Assembly: GCA_025558095.1 (NCBI GenBank)
Contig: JAIVFI010000014.1
Span: 496,001-560,000, forward strand
Length of the DNA: 64,000 nt
DNA from: Hyaloraphidium curvatum SAG 235-1
Taxonomy: Eukaryota > Fungi > Monoblepharomycota
Direction of reading: 5' to 3'
Shown here: one piece after another, positions 47,208 to 58,336 of the stretch
How positions within the stretch are numbered: the stretch's first letter is position 1
How the letters are laid out: the number at the start of each line of letters is the position of its first letter
The notes under the pieces: generated by a model
The model's database searches: none
What the model was told of the DNA's origin: nothing
What the model saw: the letters and a program-made list of their open reading frames with translations, nothing else
Position numbers and translations under genes: made by a program

Positions 47208-48286
47208 TTCGAAACGGCACGGCAGAATCGAGGCGACGAGGGCGGCGCAGCGGGCGACAGGCAGTTGTTTTCTCAGTGGAATGCTGGGGGACGTGCGTCC
47301 ATCACAGAAACTCCGATTCGACAACAATTCTCGGCTCGCGAGTCGCAGGTTGGACCACAGGTAATGATTGGCTAGAGTGTAAGGTGCCGTCCCTTTACGG
47401 TCTCGTGGACGGACCACGGTGTGGAGATCGCAACATCGGAGGGCAGTGCCCAAAGCCCAACCATCGTTGGGAGACGGATCCATGCGTCTGGAGAGCGACT
47501 AGACGCCTCGACAATCTTTCGCGGCAGGAGGCACCACATGGCACGGGAATCGGACGTAAACTCGGGGAAAGGGTGCCTGCCGCGTTAGAGTGGAGACAGG
47601 GGCTACCGCGAGGTAGGGTCCCCGTGTCCGCGCGGCCTTCCGGCGCGGCACGCGAACGCGTCTGCGCTAGCGCAGGGCCAGGTAGAGGGAGTATTGAGGC
47701 GGTCCGTCCGGCAACGCGACAAGCGGCCCACGGTGCTCCCGGGCAGGAAGCGGGCTGCATGCTGGGGGACGGACTTCTGCCTCGCGGCCATCGATGCTGG
47801 GCTGGCTTGACCTGCTCGTTTCCGAGCCCATCACTGCAGCTCTCGACCGCAAAGATGTTCTTGAGACAAGTCAAGCATGCTAGTACGGCGGAGCTGCGGA
47901 TCCATCATCGGATTCGAAGTGGTGCTGGACAGCCGCTTACTGTGATCCTTCACTGGCCTTGCCTGGCAGGACCTGCCCTCACCAAACCAGCTGGCACCGA
48001 TAAGGGATCATTACTAGAAAAGGATGACAGAGACAACGATAAAGACCGCCAGATCGTTACCAATCAATGTCACGACTGGATGTGGGGACAATGGCCGGCC
48101 GGCAGCGCTTCGATCGTTCTCGCAGGAGATCGAGATCGACAGGCCGGCCGATCTTTGCCGCAAGCATCCAAAGCACCATCGAGAATTGAAAGAAACGGGC
48201 ATCCGATGTTGGTGCAGTATCGGGGTGCATGTACAAGCAGAGCCGTCTCTTGAGCTGTGAGGCCGGGTGCGTGGGCTAGGTATTGC

Positions 48287-48982
48287 CCCCGGCGCTCGGA
48301 GGGTGCCGTGCGGCCGGCGCCGCGAACGTGGTGCAAAACAGCAAGGAAGGCAAAAGGAACCATTTCGTCGGAAGCAGGATTCGGAACCTGCTGCCCGAGG
48401 AGAGGTCGCATCGGCGCACAGGTGGAGGTGATGGCCCCGGCGCTCGGAGGGTGCCGTGCGGCCGGCGCCGCGAACGTGGTGCAAAACAGCAAGGAAGGCA
48501 AAAGGAACCATTTCGTCGGAAGCAGGATTCGGAACCTGCTGCCCGAGGAGAGGTCGCATCGGCGCACAGGTGGAGGTGATGGCCCCGGCGCTCGGAGGGT
48601 GCCGTGCGGCCGGCGCCGCGAACGTGGTGCAAAACAGCAAGGAAGGCAAAAGGAACCATTTCGTCGGAAGCAGGATTCGGAACCTGCTGCCCGAGGAGAG
48701 GTCGCATCGGCGCACAGGTGGAGGTGATGGCCCCGGCGCTCGGAGGGTGCCGTGCGGCCGGCGCCGCGAACGTGGTGCAAAACAGCAAGGAAGGCAAAAG
48801 GAACCATTTCGTCGGAAGCAGGATTCGGAACCTGCTGCCCGAGGAGAGGTCGCATCGGCGCACAGGTGGAGGTGATGGCCCCGGCGCTCGGAGGGTGCCG
48901 TGCGGCCGGCGCCGCGAACGTGGTGCAAAACAGCAAGGAAGGCAAAAGGAACCACTTCGTCGGAAGCAGGATTCGAACCTGC
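48287..48982. repeat. Tandem array of 148-bp units (4 full plus about 0.7) derived from the tRNA-Ser 3' end and downstream flank
   Basis: Units start at 48287, 48435, 48583, 48731 and 48879; each full unit contains cgtcggaagcaggattcggaacctgc (reverse complement of T-arm plus acceptor strand); the last partial unit runs into the real tRNA. Confidence 0.97.
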
Positions 48983-49080
48983 GCCCTCAGAGAGGAGGAG
49001 ATGGTGGGTAGCTAGGATCGGCCGACGCCAAATTCAGGCTAATTCTAATCTCCCGCGGTAGACCACTGCGCCATTCCGAC
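48958..49080 (-). tRNA. tRNA-Ser(AGA) with a 40-nt intron (49003-49042)
   Basis: Acceptor GTCGGAA/TTCCGAC; anticodon stem GGAGA/TCTCC; TT-AGA-A then intron at 37/38; long variable arm CCTC/GAGG; T-arm GCAGG-TTCGAAT-CCTGC; discriminator G; downstream TTTT. Confidence 0.93.
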
Positions 49081-49296
49081 AGTTTGGCGATGCTTTAGAG
49101 GGTGGATGGGCACCTCGGGGGGGCTGGGGCCGCTCTGCAGAGGGGTTGGCCGGGGGTGCGATCGGCCACCGTCGCCCTCGTGCCGACGCTGCCCTAACCT
49201 AATCCACACCTCGTTGCTCCGTCCGCAACACCTAGGGTCTTGGAATCGTGCAGTGGGTGGGTTTGGGAGGTGATCGGCGTCGGAGGTGGGTGATGG
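49049..49296 (-). repeat. Right arm of the 248-bp inverted repeat
   Basis: Reverse complement of 42663-42910. Confidence 0.95.
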
Positions 49297-49789
49297 GAAG
49301 ATTGAAAGCCTCCCGAGGACAAAACCCCCAGTTCAGCCGCCAAAGTAGGCATACTGTATCTCTCAGGGGCCTATGCAGTTTCATCACGATGTTCGCGCGA
49401 TGCGCAGAAGCGTGTTGGGGCGTTTCGACTTTTCGGACAGGGGGCCTTCCTTCGAAGGGCAGGGACGAGGCGGATATGGGTCCTTTGGCCTGCGGCAGCC
49501 CCACCAGCCGACGCATCTCACGTAGTATCAGCTTCCCAATTTTGTCCGCAGCACCTGAATCTCGACAGCATGCGCTAATGGGGCCGAAAGCCTACTTCCG
49601 TGACTGCGCATGACACCTGGAGATGAAGAAGCCACCGCCGCCGGACAGCGAGAACCCGTCCTACCAGCGCATCCAAAGCTCAGCGGCTCTTGATTTGCGT
49701 AAAAGTACTTCGGATTCACGGGGTCAGGCCCCGTCCGCAAGCGCGGTCTTTGGAACGGCGATTCATCACCGTCCACCAACGAAGTCACG

Positions 49790-51445
49790 ATGTCGTTCGA
49801 CGCGCCTTCGGAGCCTCCCGCGCCGACCGGAGGGGACAGCGACGCGCCGTCGCAGCAGCCTTCATCGGCACCTTCGCGTCCCGCGGACCCGCTGCACTAT
49901 GCAAACGTGCTGTCGCTCGCGGAGAGGGCCCTGGGAAGCGCGCCGCAGGACGCCCTTCCGAGGACCCAGACGGAGCTCGTGGCCGCTGTGCTTCATGCAG
50001 CCATGGTCGCGCTTGGGTTCCGCTGCATCGGCATTGGCGAGGAGGGCGAGCCCGGAGCGGCTGGGGCTGCTGCTGCGCAAGCGGGAGACAGCGGCGCCGA
50101 GCAAGGTCGGGTCGCCTTCTCGCCCCATCTCCCGCCAGATCCACCATCTGACGCGTCCTTTAACCTCCCCTGTCACGTCGCAATGCCGTTATCCGGCCAA
50201 CCTAGACCCAACGATGCCCGCAGGATGGAACACTCAGGCGGCCTACGCGTTTCGGTACCGGCATCCCCAGTCCTCGCTGACATTCCTCGTCAAGTCGTTG
50301 CGGATGGCCGACAGGATCCTCGTTCACGGCATGGCGGTCGAGGTAGGCTTGATCTATGTGCCGGCTCTCTTTGGACATGTCCACAGCTCCACTTTCTGCC
50401 AGGACGGGAAGCTCCGGTCCTTCGAGATCCCGATCTCTACCCACCTCGTTCCTCCTCTTGCGGCAACGTACCCTGTCACGCCCTCCGTACTCTCGGCGCC
50501 TCGCGCTCCGGGCTCCGACTCTCCGCTTCTCGCCTACTTCCGTTCCGCTCAGTCGCTGCAGGACATGCTCAACCTCTTCAAGATCCAGATTGTGCAGCGC
50601 ATCGCACCGGGCCTCCAGAAGGAAGGATACGAGGAAACCGCGGTCGAGTGGGCATTCTCTTCTCTTGGTTTTGGCCCTCTTGGCTCGCTAATGATGATGT
50701 CGCCATTCAGACCACCTGCGACCGGTACGTCCAGCAGCGCGCAACCGCGGCCGCGGCCTGTGGCTCCTCCCTACCCGATCGGCGGTGGCATCCCCGACTA
50801 CCCTCGCAGACCCCCGCCGTACCTACCCGGCCCTGCCTACGGTCCGCGGTTCGGCGGCATCGGCTCACGCGATCTCGATCCTTTCGCGGGAGGATACCCC
50901 GGACCCGGCGGCCTGCGGCTTCCCGGCGGCGGATATGGCCCCATGGGCGGCGGTCCGCCGGGTTTCGGGGGCGGAGGCATGTTCGTCGGCCCCAACGATC
51001 CCATGTTCGGCCGGCGCGACCCGATGGGCGGCAGCTTCGGCTACCCGGAGCCCGGATTCCCGTACCCGGAGCCGGGTCCGCTCGCGGGGCCCGGAGGGAC
51101 GAGGCTGCCGCCGGGAGCGGTCCCGCCGGGCGCGAGGTTCGATCCCATCGTGCCTGGGGCTCCGCCTGGGACGGAAGGTGGAAGCGGGGGAAGGCCGATG
51201 CCTCCGGGATCTTTCCCCGGACCGGGTCGTAGCCTCGGCGGGACGGGACCGGGGCCGGGAAGGACTTTGCCGTGAGTGCCTTTGCATGAGGGAGCCGTTG
51301 TGTCGCGAGGCTGATTGGACGGCAAGTGGGGAGCCGGACAATGATGACGCGCCGCCGCCAGGTGAGCGTGCGCCGCGTTCTCGCCGGACGCCTGGTTTCT
51401 GATCCCCGGCCCCTGACACCAGAATTCGACAACATGTTCACGTGA
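49790..51445 (+). CDS. PSMF1: Proteasome inhibitor PI31 (PSMF1/Fub1), multi-exon
   Basis: ELVAAVLHAAMVALGFR, P.GWN..YAFRY.HPQSSLTFLVK (FP domain), IGSRDLDP, GGGMFVGPNDPMF, PPGARFDP, EPDND. Confidence 0.92.
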
Positions 51446-52117
51446 TGAGCCGATCGTCTTTTGCTCTTCTGTACAGCTTCTTCAACACGGTGTCAAGATA
51501 GAGGATGGAACATAGCAAAGATCAAGGATCAAAATGGCACTCGTTTCTACGCCAGCAGGTCGTGCTCAATCTTCGACCTTTCTCTGAATAGAGCTCCCCT
51601 TGTAGCTGGTTGTAGAATGGAAGATCAGTTGCAATCGCTACAACTTGTGCACCGAACTTGCGTAGTCTCCTTGCCAGTGTTGTCATTCTTGATGGTGAAG
51701 CGCAACTCGGAATCGTCATCGCCCTTCGTCGTGACTGGTTCACCAAAGAGCGTCAGGTCCGACCGGCTCAAGATCTCCGATGCAGCGTTGCGCGGTAGGA
51801 AGCACCTTGCGTTATGGTTCCCGTGCTCTTCGAGCCCTCGGCTTCGCGAACGTGGGCTCAGTCAGGGAGCAGGGGAGGGCGGCAAGGCCTCAATCGCCCA
51901 CCTCCACCGACGGCTACGTACTCGACCTTGTCGCCCTCCTTATAGTCTTGGTTGCTCATCGTTTCTGCGGTTCGAGGTGCAGGCAAAGTTTCGTTTTCAT
52001 CTCAGAGTGATGACGTGTCCCGGCGGAAGGAACTGGCAACCCCGACAATCGGATCAGAACCAAACAATCGTATCAGCATGTAGGCGAGCCCAGCATAGTT
52101 CTATCATGTACAGCATT

Positions 52118-54187
52118 CTAGTTCACGCTCATGTTCTTCACGCCGTCTGCAACCTTTGCCACGTTCGGCTGGCGCATGAGGTCAGCTCCAGTCCACATGG
52201 CGCCGCAACTCCGCCCACACACCTTTTTCGCGCCCCCTGCCTGGGTCGCGGCCTTCAGCTCCGCCGACGTTGCCGTCCTCACGTACGGCACGAACTCCTT
52301 CCCACCCATGAACGGCCGCAGCGGCTCGGGGATCACGAGCCCTTCCGGCGTCTGGTAGTTCTCCACCAGGCAGCACAGCGCGCGCTCCGTCGCCGTCAGT
52401 GTCGAGTTGAGCATGTGGACGAACTTGCGGGAGCCGTCGGCGGCCTGCAGAAGCTGGGTTCAGTCGAGCACAGCGCGGAGCAGGAGATGGCACGAACCGG
52501 CTTCGTCCCGCAGCGGATGTCAAGGCTCCTGCTCTGGTAGTCGGTGCAGTTGGAGCACGACACGAGCTCCTTGTACTCGCACTGGAAGGGGAACCATGCC
52601 TCTAGGTCGTACTTTTTCGCCGCGGCGTTGTTGAGCGCCCCCGACACGATCGCCACGACCCTGTAGGGGATCTTGAGCTTACAAGAGGTGAGCACTAGTT
52701 CCACCAACATCGCCGCCGGCCGGGATGCTCACCGATTTGTAGAATTCCTCGCTGTTGCCAATCATCCTGTCAAACTCCTCCCACGACTTTTCCGGCTCCG
52801 TGATGCAGAACTGCTCCACCTTCTCGAACTGGTGCACCCGGAAAATGCCCCACGTGTCCTTGCCGTGGGCACCTGCCTCTTTCCGGAAGCAGGTCGAGAT
52901 GCCGGCGTACCTGAACGGGTGCGTGAGATCGTGTATCGGCGGTCAGGGCTCGGCGAAACGCACCGCTTCGGGAGCTCCTTGGCCGGGTCGGCAAACACTT
53001 CGTTTGCGTGGAACGCGCTGACGGGCTGCTCCGAGGTCGCAATGAGGTACTTTGCGTCCGCGTCCACGTCGTCCGGGTCCGCCTTGCCGCCCTCGCCGAC
53101 CTTGTAAAGCTCCTCGTCAAACTGCTCCAGCTGCGCCGTCCGCGACATCATCTCGCGCCGCATGAAGAAGGGCGTCCAGAGCTTGGTGTAGCCCTTGGAC
53201 TCGAGGAAACTGAGGCCGTACTGGATCAGGGCGAGGTTGAGGTCCACGCCGATCCCGGTGAGGAAGTAGGCGCGGTGGCCTGCGACCTTGGATCCTGGTT
53301 GCGAAACTCCAATGAGAGGAGATTCCGGCCATTCGGCCAACTGTCCGCCCACCTCGGATGTTGTCGAAGCCGTCCAGCATGTCAAACACCTCGTGGTGGC
53401 TCCTGAGCCCCGTCACGCCCTTGGCGCCGTCCTTGACGGACGCCGAGCCCACGAGCTCCAGTCTCCGCTGCCGTTCCGCCTCCTCCGAACGCCCCTCGGG
53501 CCACCACATCCGGATCAGCGCGTTATCGTCCTCCGTCATCGAGTCCGGCACGGTCTCGTGGACCAGGTTGCCGATCTGCGTGGCCTTTTTGTACAGCTCG
53601 GCCTCGCGCGCGTCGGCGTCCTTGTTCAGCTGGATCTTCTGCTCCTCCAGCGCGTTCTTCTCGGCCTTCAGGTCCCCGGTCTCGTCGGCCCTTTTCTGCT
53701 TCATGAGCTCGCCGATTTGCTTCTGGATGGCGTTGATTTTGCGGTTGACCTGATCGGCCTCGTACCGGGCTGCGGATTGACAAGGGGAGCAGTTAGAGAG
53801 GTCCAAGTTGGAAATCTCCCATGGGTAGCAGAAGGCCGGCGCCGTCCACAGGTGGCGAGGAGTAACCGGCCTTCGGCTTGTCCGGGAGGGAGTCCCCGGC
53901 GTAGACCGAGTGGCACGGTCAATGATCCCCGTCCTCCACCCCTCCAGAAGAGCTCACGGGGCACCAATTCACGCCCAGTCAAGCACTTCTGCGCGCTCGA
54001 ATAGATTCATGGGCCTCCACCGGGCCCCCACGTGCCGCCACTCCTTCCTCAGCTACCGACCTTTCCGCCATTCCTCGTCCATCGTCTTGACGGCATCGAC
54101 GAGTTCCGGCGGGGCGCCACGCTTCCTCTGCGACTCAATGACGGCCTTCAGGCCCTCGGGGTCCCGAATGAGCCCGATGTCGATCAT
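52118..54187 (-). CDS. SES1: Cytosolic seryl-tRNA synthetase, multi-exon
   Basis: N-terminal coiled-coil arm, [78 protein letters not shown]. Confidence 0.97.
53770..54060 (-). other. Long (291 nt), highly base-paired first intron of SerRS; candidate structured RNA
   Basis: GT..CTAAC..CAG intron whose removal restores WRK-ARYE; several nested complementary segments (see findings). Confidence 0.6.
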
Positions 54188-54432
54188 CGTGCGGGCGCGC
54201 GCGGGGAACGCGGGCGGCGCGGGGCGCGCAAAGAGCGGGGCGAACGGGGCGGCGCGGCGCGCGAGCAGCCGCGGGCGAATCGTCGTGGAGCGCGACGCGG
54301 AAAGCGGCTCGCAACGTCGGCAGAGCCACGGGGCGCCGAAGTGCTTTGTTTCTGGCAACGCGGTGGACGCGCTCGCCGTCACCAACAATCACGGGCCCGG
54401 GGTCCCGGAGTCAGGGCCAGGAAACGAACGAA

Positions 54433-55536
54433 ATGGCGAATCCGCGGTTGGCGATGGCCGCGGGATGGACCGCTGCTTTCGCTGCCGGGTACGCAGTCTC
54501 GTCCTGGGGCTGGGGACGTCCGGGACGCGTGTTCGCAGAGGGCCGCAACGACGGTCCTCCTGAGGTCATCAGTGGGCCCGCTGCCGACGCAGCCTGCCAA
54601 AATGCGAAGCGGATCTTTGCTCTGGGCAACCCGGGACCCACAAGCGACAAGCTTATGCGGTCGGATCGCGTTCCCCTCGCTACAGAAGCCGCGTGAGCTC
54701 AGACTTCCCACCCCCTGGTCTCCAGGAGCGGTTTTGTCGTTGCATACGACCGACAGAAGCGGCTGCCACACTATGTGGCCCAGGTGTTCTCGTCGAACGC
54801 GTCTGGATCGGCCGACGACAAGGATCGGACGCGCTGCAACTTCGCGGAGGACAGCGCAGTGCCCAAGATGTTTCGTTCGCGGCTCAACGACTACCGGAAC
54901 GCGCCGGACTATGACCGCGGCCACCTCGCGCCGGCGCACGACATGTCCTCCCTCGCCGCCCAGAAAGAGAGCTTCTTGCTGACGAACATCGCGCCCCAAG
55001 TGAGACAGCTGCTGCTGCGGGCACCCGTTGGCGAGCTCATCCTCTTCAAAGCACAAAGGGCTGAACCGTGGATTCTGGAGCGACCTCGAATCCTGGATCC
55101 GGAAGATGTCCAAGGACTTTGACCAGGTGGTCGTGTACACTGGCCCCCTCTTCCTGCCTCGCTACGACGCGGCCGACCGCAAAACGTACATCAAGTACGA
55201 GGTCCTCGGCAGCCCGCCAAACACTCCCGTTCCGTGGGCTCCCGAGCCGACGCCGGCGCGATCACGCTTCACACGTCCGCCCGCAGGAACGCCTTCTTCA
55301 AAGTGATCCTCGCCCTCCGCGGCCCCGTCCTCCATGCCACGGCCTTCATGCTCCCCAACGAACCGATACCGGCGACGACACCGCTGACACAGTTCGAGGT
55401 GCCGCTGGACGCGGTGGAGTCGGCGACGGGGCTCGAGTTCCTCCGTGACGTCGACAGGAGGGCGGTGAAGAAGCTGTGCAACGAGTACCTATGCGAGATC
55501 ACCAACTTCAACCGCATTCGGAATCAGATCAAGTGA
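54433..55536 (+). CDS. NUC1: Mitochondrial nuclease Nuc1 / endonuclease G, multi-exon
   Basis: YDRGHLAPA (DRGH active site), [40 protein letters not shown]. Confidence 0.93.
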
Positions 55537-55612
55537 TGAATGAGGAAGCAAGACGGGCTTTAGTGGTTGCTCTGTGAATGAGGAAGCAAGGCGGGCTTTA
55601 GTGGTTGCTCTG
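55537..55612. repeat. 38-bp tandem duplication between the convergent NUC1 and macrodomain gene ends
   Basis: tgaatgaggaagcaag(a/g)cgggctttagtggttgctctg occurs twice with one mismatch. Confidence 0.9.
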
Positions 55613-56349
55613 GGGCGCGGGAGCTGGCGGAAAGTAGCTGTAGACAAGGCGATTGTATATCTCGAGGTCCGTGTCAAGGAAGATGCAGAAGATGACGCGG
55701 TCGAGGTCGCCTCGGTTCTCCTCGAGCGTCCGCCGCACGGTCTCGAGGGCCACGTGCGCGGCCGGCTCATTAGGATACCCGTAGACCTGCCAGACAGGTC
55801 AGCATCGAGTCGGCAGTCCGAGTCGGCGAAGCCCACCCCGGTAGAAATGCAGGGGAAGGCAATGCTCCGGACCCCGTTCTCCTTGGCGACCTCCAAGGAC
55901 CTCCTGTAGCACGAAGCCAGCTTCCCCGGCTTCTCCCCCACGGGCCCGACGGTGTGTATGACGTGCTTGGCCGGCAGCCTGTACCCGGCCGTGATCTTGG
56001 CGTCCCCCGTCTCGCAGCCCCCGAGCGTGCGGCACTCGGCGAGCAGTTCCCTGCCCGCGGCGCGGTGGATCGCGCCGTCGACGCCGCCGCCGCCGAGCAG
56101 GCTGTTTTTGGCGGCGTTGCAAATGGCGTCGCAGTCCAGACGCGTTACGTCGCCTTGCCAGATCGAGACCTTTCGATTTAGCTCCGCGTCGGCGGGGAAG
56201 GAGGGTTCTAAGGCAGGTGCGGGCCGGCCCGTCTTCGCACGGTGCCAGTAATTGAACTCCAGGGTGGGGAGCGTCGACCAGAACGGTCCTTCAGGCGCTT
56301 TGGGCGCATCGGGCGCGTTGGCCGCGTCTGGCGCGTCGGAGCTGGCCAT
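55598..56349 (-). CDS. MacroD-type macrodomain protein (ADP-ribose/O-acetyl-ADP-ribose hydrolase)
   Basis: [47 protein letters not shown]-(intron)-YGYP. Confidence 0.93.
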
Positions 56350-56686
56350 TGGGCGTCGGGCCCCCAGAGAGAGGCCTGGGCGGACGCCGAGCGCGGCAAA
56401 GGTTCGGAGCGAAGAAAGAAGAGCTAGAGCCGGAATCTTGGAGGAGGTTCTCGGACACCGGTTGGAGACTGAGTGTTTGCGCGACGCGTCAATGACTCCA
56501 ATGCTCATCACGGCTTCCCAAAAGCTCGCCCAGCGAGCTGTCCGATCGTGTCTGAGCAGCACCGCGCCGCTAATGGTACATCCTTTCGCGTCCCGTACAT
56601 TCCGATGGTGTCTAAGAATGCGCACGCGCTAATCAAAATACGACAAAGCTTCCAACTCCCTGCCAAAGATCGCCCCGCCGGGGCGC

Positions 56687-58336
56687 CTAGTCCTCGAGCA
56701 CGTGGTACGGGCTCTTGTTGTTGACGAGCGCCTGGTCGTCGGTCTCGTACCCGCTCAGCCCCGCCGGTGCCGCCGCCGGCGCCGGCTTCTTGGGGTCCAG
56801 CTTGGCGATCGTCTCCTCCACCTTGCGCCCCAGCGAGTCGGTCAGCGAGGTGATGGTGCCCATGTTGATCTCGGGCGCCTTGGCGCGCCGCTTGAGGTAC
56901 CGCTCCCCGACGAAGAGGAGGCCCAGGGTCAGCAGGGTGATGTAGATGGAGAAGATGACGATGGCGGCGGTCATGAGGCTCGTGTCGCCGTAGCGTACAG
57001 CGAACTGCTTGATGCCCGTGCCGACGGCGACGTAGGCCAGGGTCAGGAGGAGGGCGAGGAGGATCGTGTGCGCGAGCCGGGCGATGCGGCCGGGCCGGCC
57101 GGCGCTGCCCTCGGCGAGCTCGGGCTGGAGCTCCGCGGTTTTGGAGGCGACCGCGACGCCGGGGGTGCTCGCGGGGGGTGCTCGGAAGACGACGTAGGCG
57201 TTGAGGCCGATCTCGACGAACATCAGGAGGAAGACGATGAGGCCGATGACCTGGGTTCTTTCGGTCAGCGACGTGGACCCGTCGACCCGCACAGCAGTAC
57301 GCACCGAGTGCGCGTCGTTGAAGTGGGCCGCCGGGCTGACGGCGTACACGGCGATGCCAAAGGCCGCGATGGTCATGCAGCCGACCAGCACCACGTGCGA
57401 GGCGTAGTGCACCGTGTCCCACATCTTGCTCGTGCCAGGGATGTAGCGCTGGCTGAAGGCCCACAGCGGGGCCACGATGCCCCACGAGATGAACATCATC
57501 CAGCCGTGCGCGGTGAGCATGGTCTTGTCCTGGAACCACTCGGCAGTGAAGACCGAGGGCCGGCGCGGGGCGGCGTTGTTGTAGAGCGAGAACAGGGGGA
57601 TGACGCCGAACATGTCGTGCCGCATGATGTGGGCCTGGTAGTCGGTCGACTTGGGCGAGTACATACCCTCGGTCTGCAGCGGGCGCGCCTGTTAGCCGGG
57701 CTCGCCCCGGGAGAAATACTCCGAGCGACGAACCTGCATGGCGTACATGTACGTCTGCGGCCCCGGGTACAGCGTCTTGTCCTTGTTCGTCACGGCCTGC
57801 TTCCGCCGCTGCACGTGCACCCGGAAGGTGTCGTTCACCACGCGCGAGTCGGGGAACACGATGATCTGCTGGTTGGACAGGATGGTGGCGTCGTACTCGG
57901 GCTCGACGTAGTCGCGCGAGTAGCGCGGCGACACGATGGTGACGCCGTCCGCCAACCATGCGACCTGTAAGGGTGGGAGGCACCGGACGGGGGCGCGATG
58001 GCGTGATGAGCACTTCGGGTGACGCGGAACTGCCGCGGCGGCCGACGCACCAGGATGTCGGCGTCCTTATGCGACTCGCCGATGCCGAACGCCATCCAGC
58101 TGCGGCGGGCGAGGCGTCAGCACTGCCGACGGGGGGCCCACCGGGGGCCGCGGGGTCACCCACCCGAGCGTCGACGGGCCGACCATGACGATGTCGACCC
58201 ACTCGCCGGCGTCGGTGCCGGTCACGCAGAACGACTCGTTCGCCGGCCGGCCGTTGCACCACGTGTCGGCGGCGGCGGGCAGCGCGGCGAGGCCGGCGGC
58301 GGCGGCGACCGCGAGCGCGCGGAGCAGCGGGCGCAT
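56687..58336 (-). CDS. Secreted-membrane DOMON plus cytochrome b561 domain protein, multi-exon
   Basis: Signal peptide, W.AFG.G..H..AD DOMON motif, AHGWMMFISWG, VH, AH.. and several TM helices with His ligands. Confidence 0.82.

Noticed and set aside
47276-48253. 325-aa ORF as a transposase or recombinase for the cassette
   Set aside because: No catalytic motifs and atypical codon usage; probably spurious or degraded.
48287-48982. CRISPR array
   Set aside because: Units are identical over the full 148 bp with no variable spacers, there are no cas genes, and the context is eukaryotic.
48014-49015. Repetitive ORFs across the tandem array
   Set aside because: Artefacts of a 148-bp unit (not a multiple of 3) cycling through frames; the sequence is tRNA-derived.
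48958-49080. tRNA-Leu(TAG) or tRNA-Sec
   Set aside because: Stem register GGAGA/TCTCC puts AGA at positions 34-36, the discriminator is G, and the acceptor stem is a standard 7 bp, all consistent with Ser.
42663-49296. Autonomous DNA transposon with terminal inverted repeats
   Set aside because: No transposase or integrase ORF and no clear target-site duplication; the arms consist of tRNA locus sequence.
51461-52540. 359-aa + strand ORF
   Set aside because: Partly antisense to the SerRS 3' exons, no motif, composition resembles UTR/intergenic sequence.
53770-54060. U3 snoRNA, RNase MRP, SECIS or T-box identity for the SerRS intron
   Set aside because: Only partial motif resemblances (GAGGAAG, GGGCGTGAA, GAGTCCCCGG). 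Boxes C and D, the P4 partner, SECIS spacing and the UGGNACC consensus are not intact.
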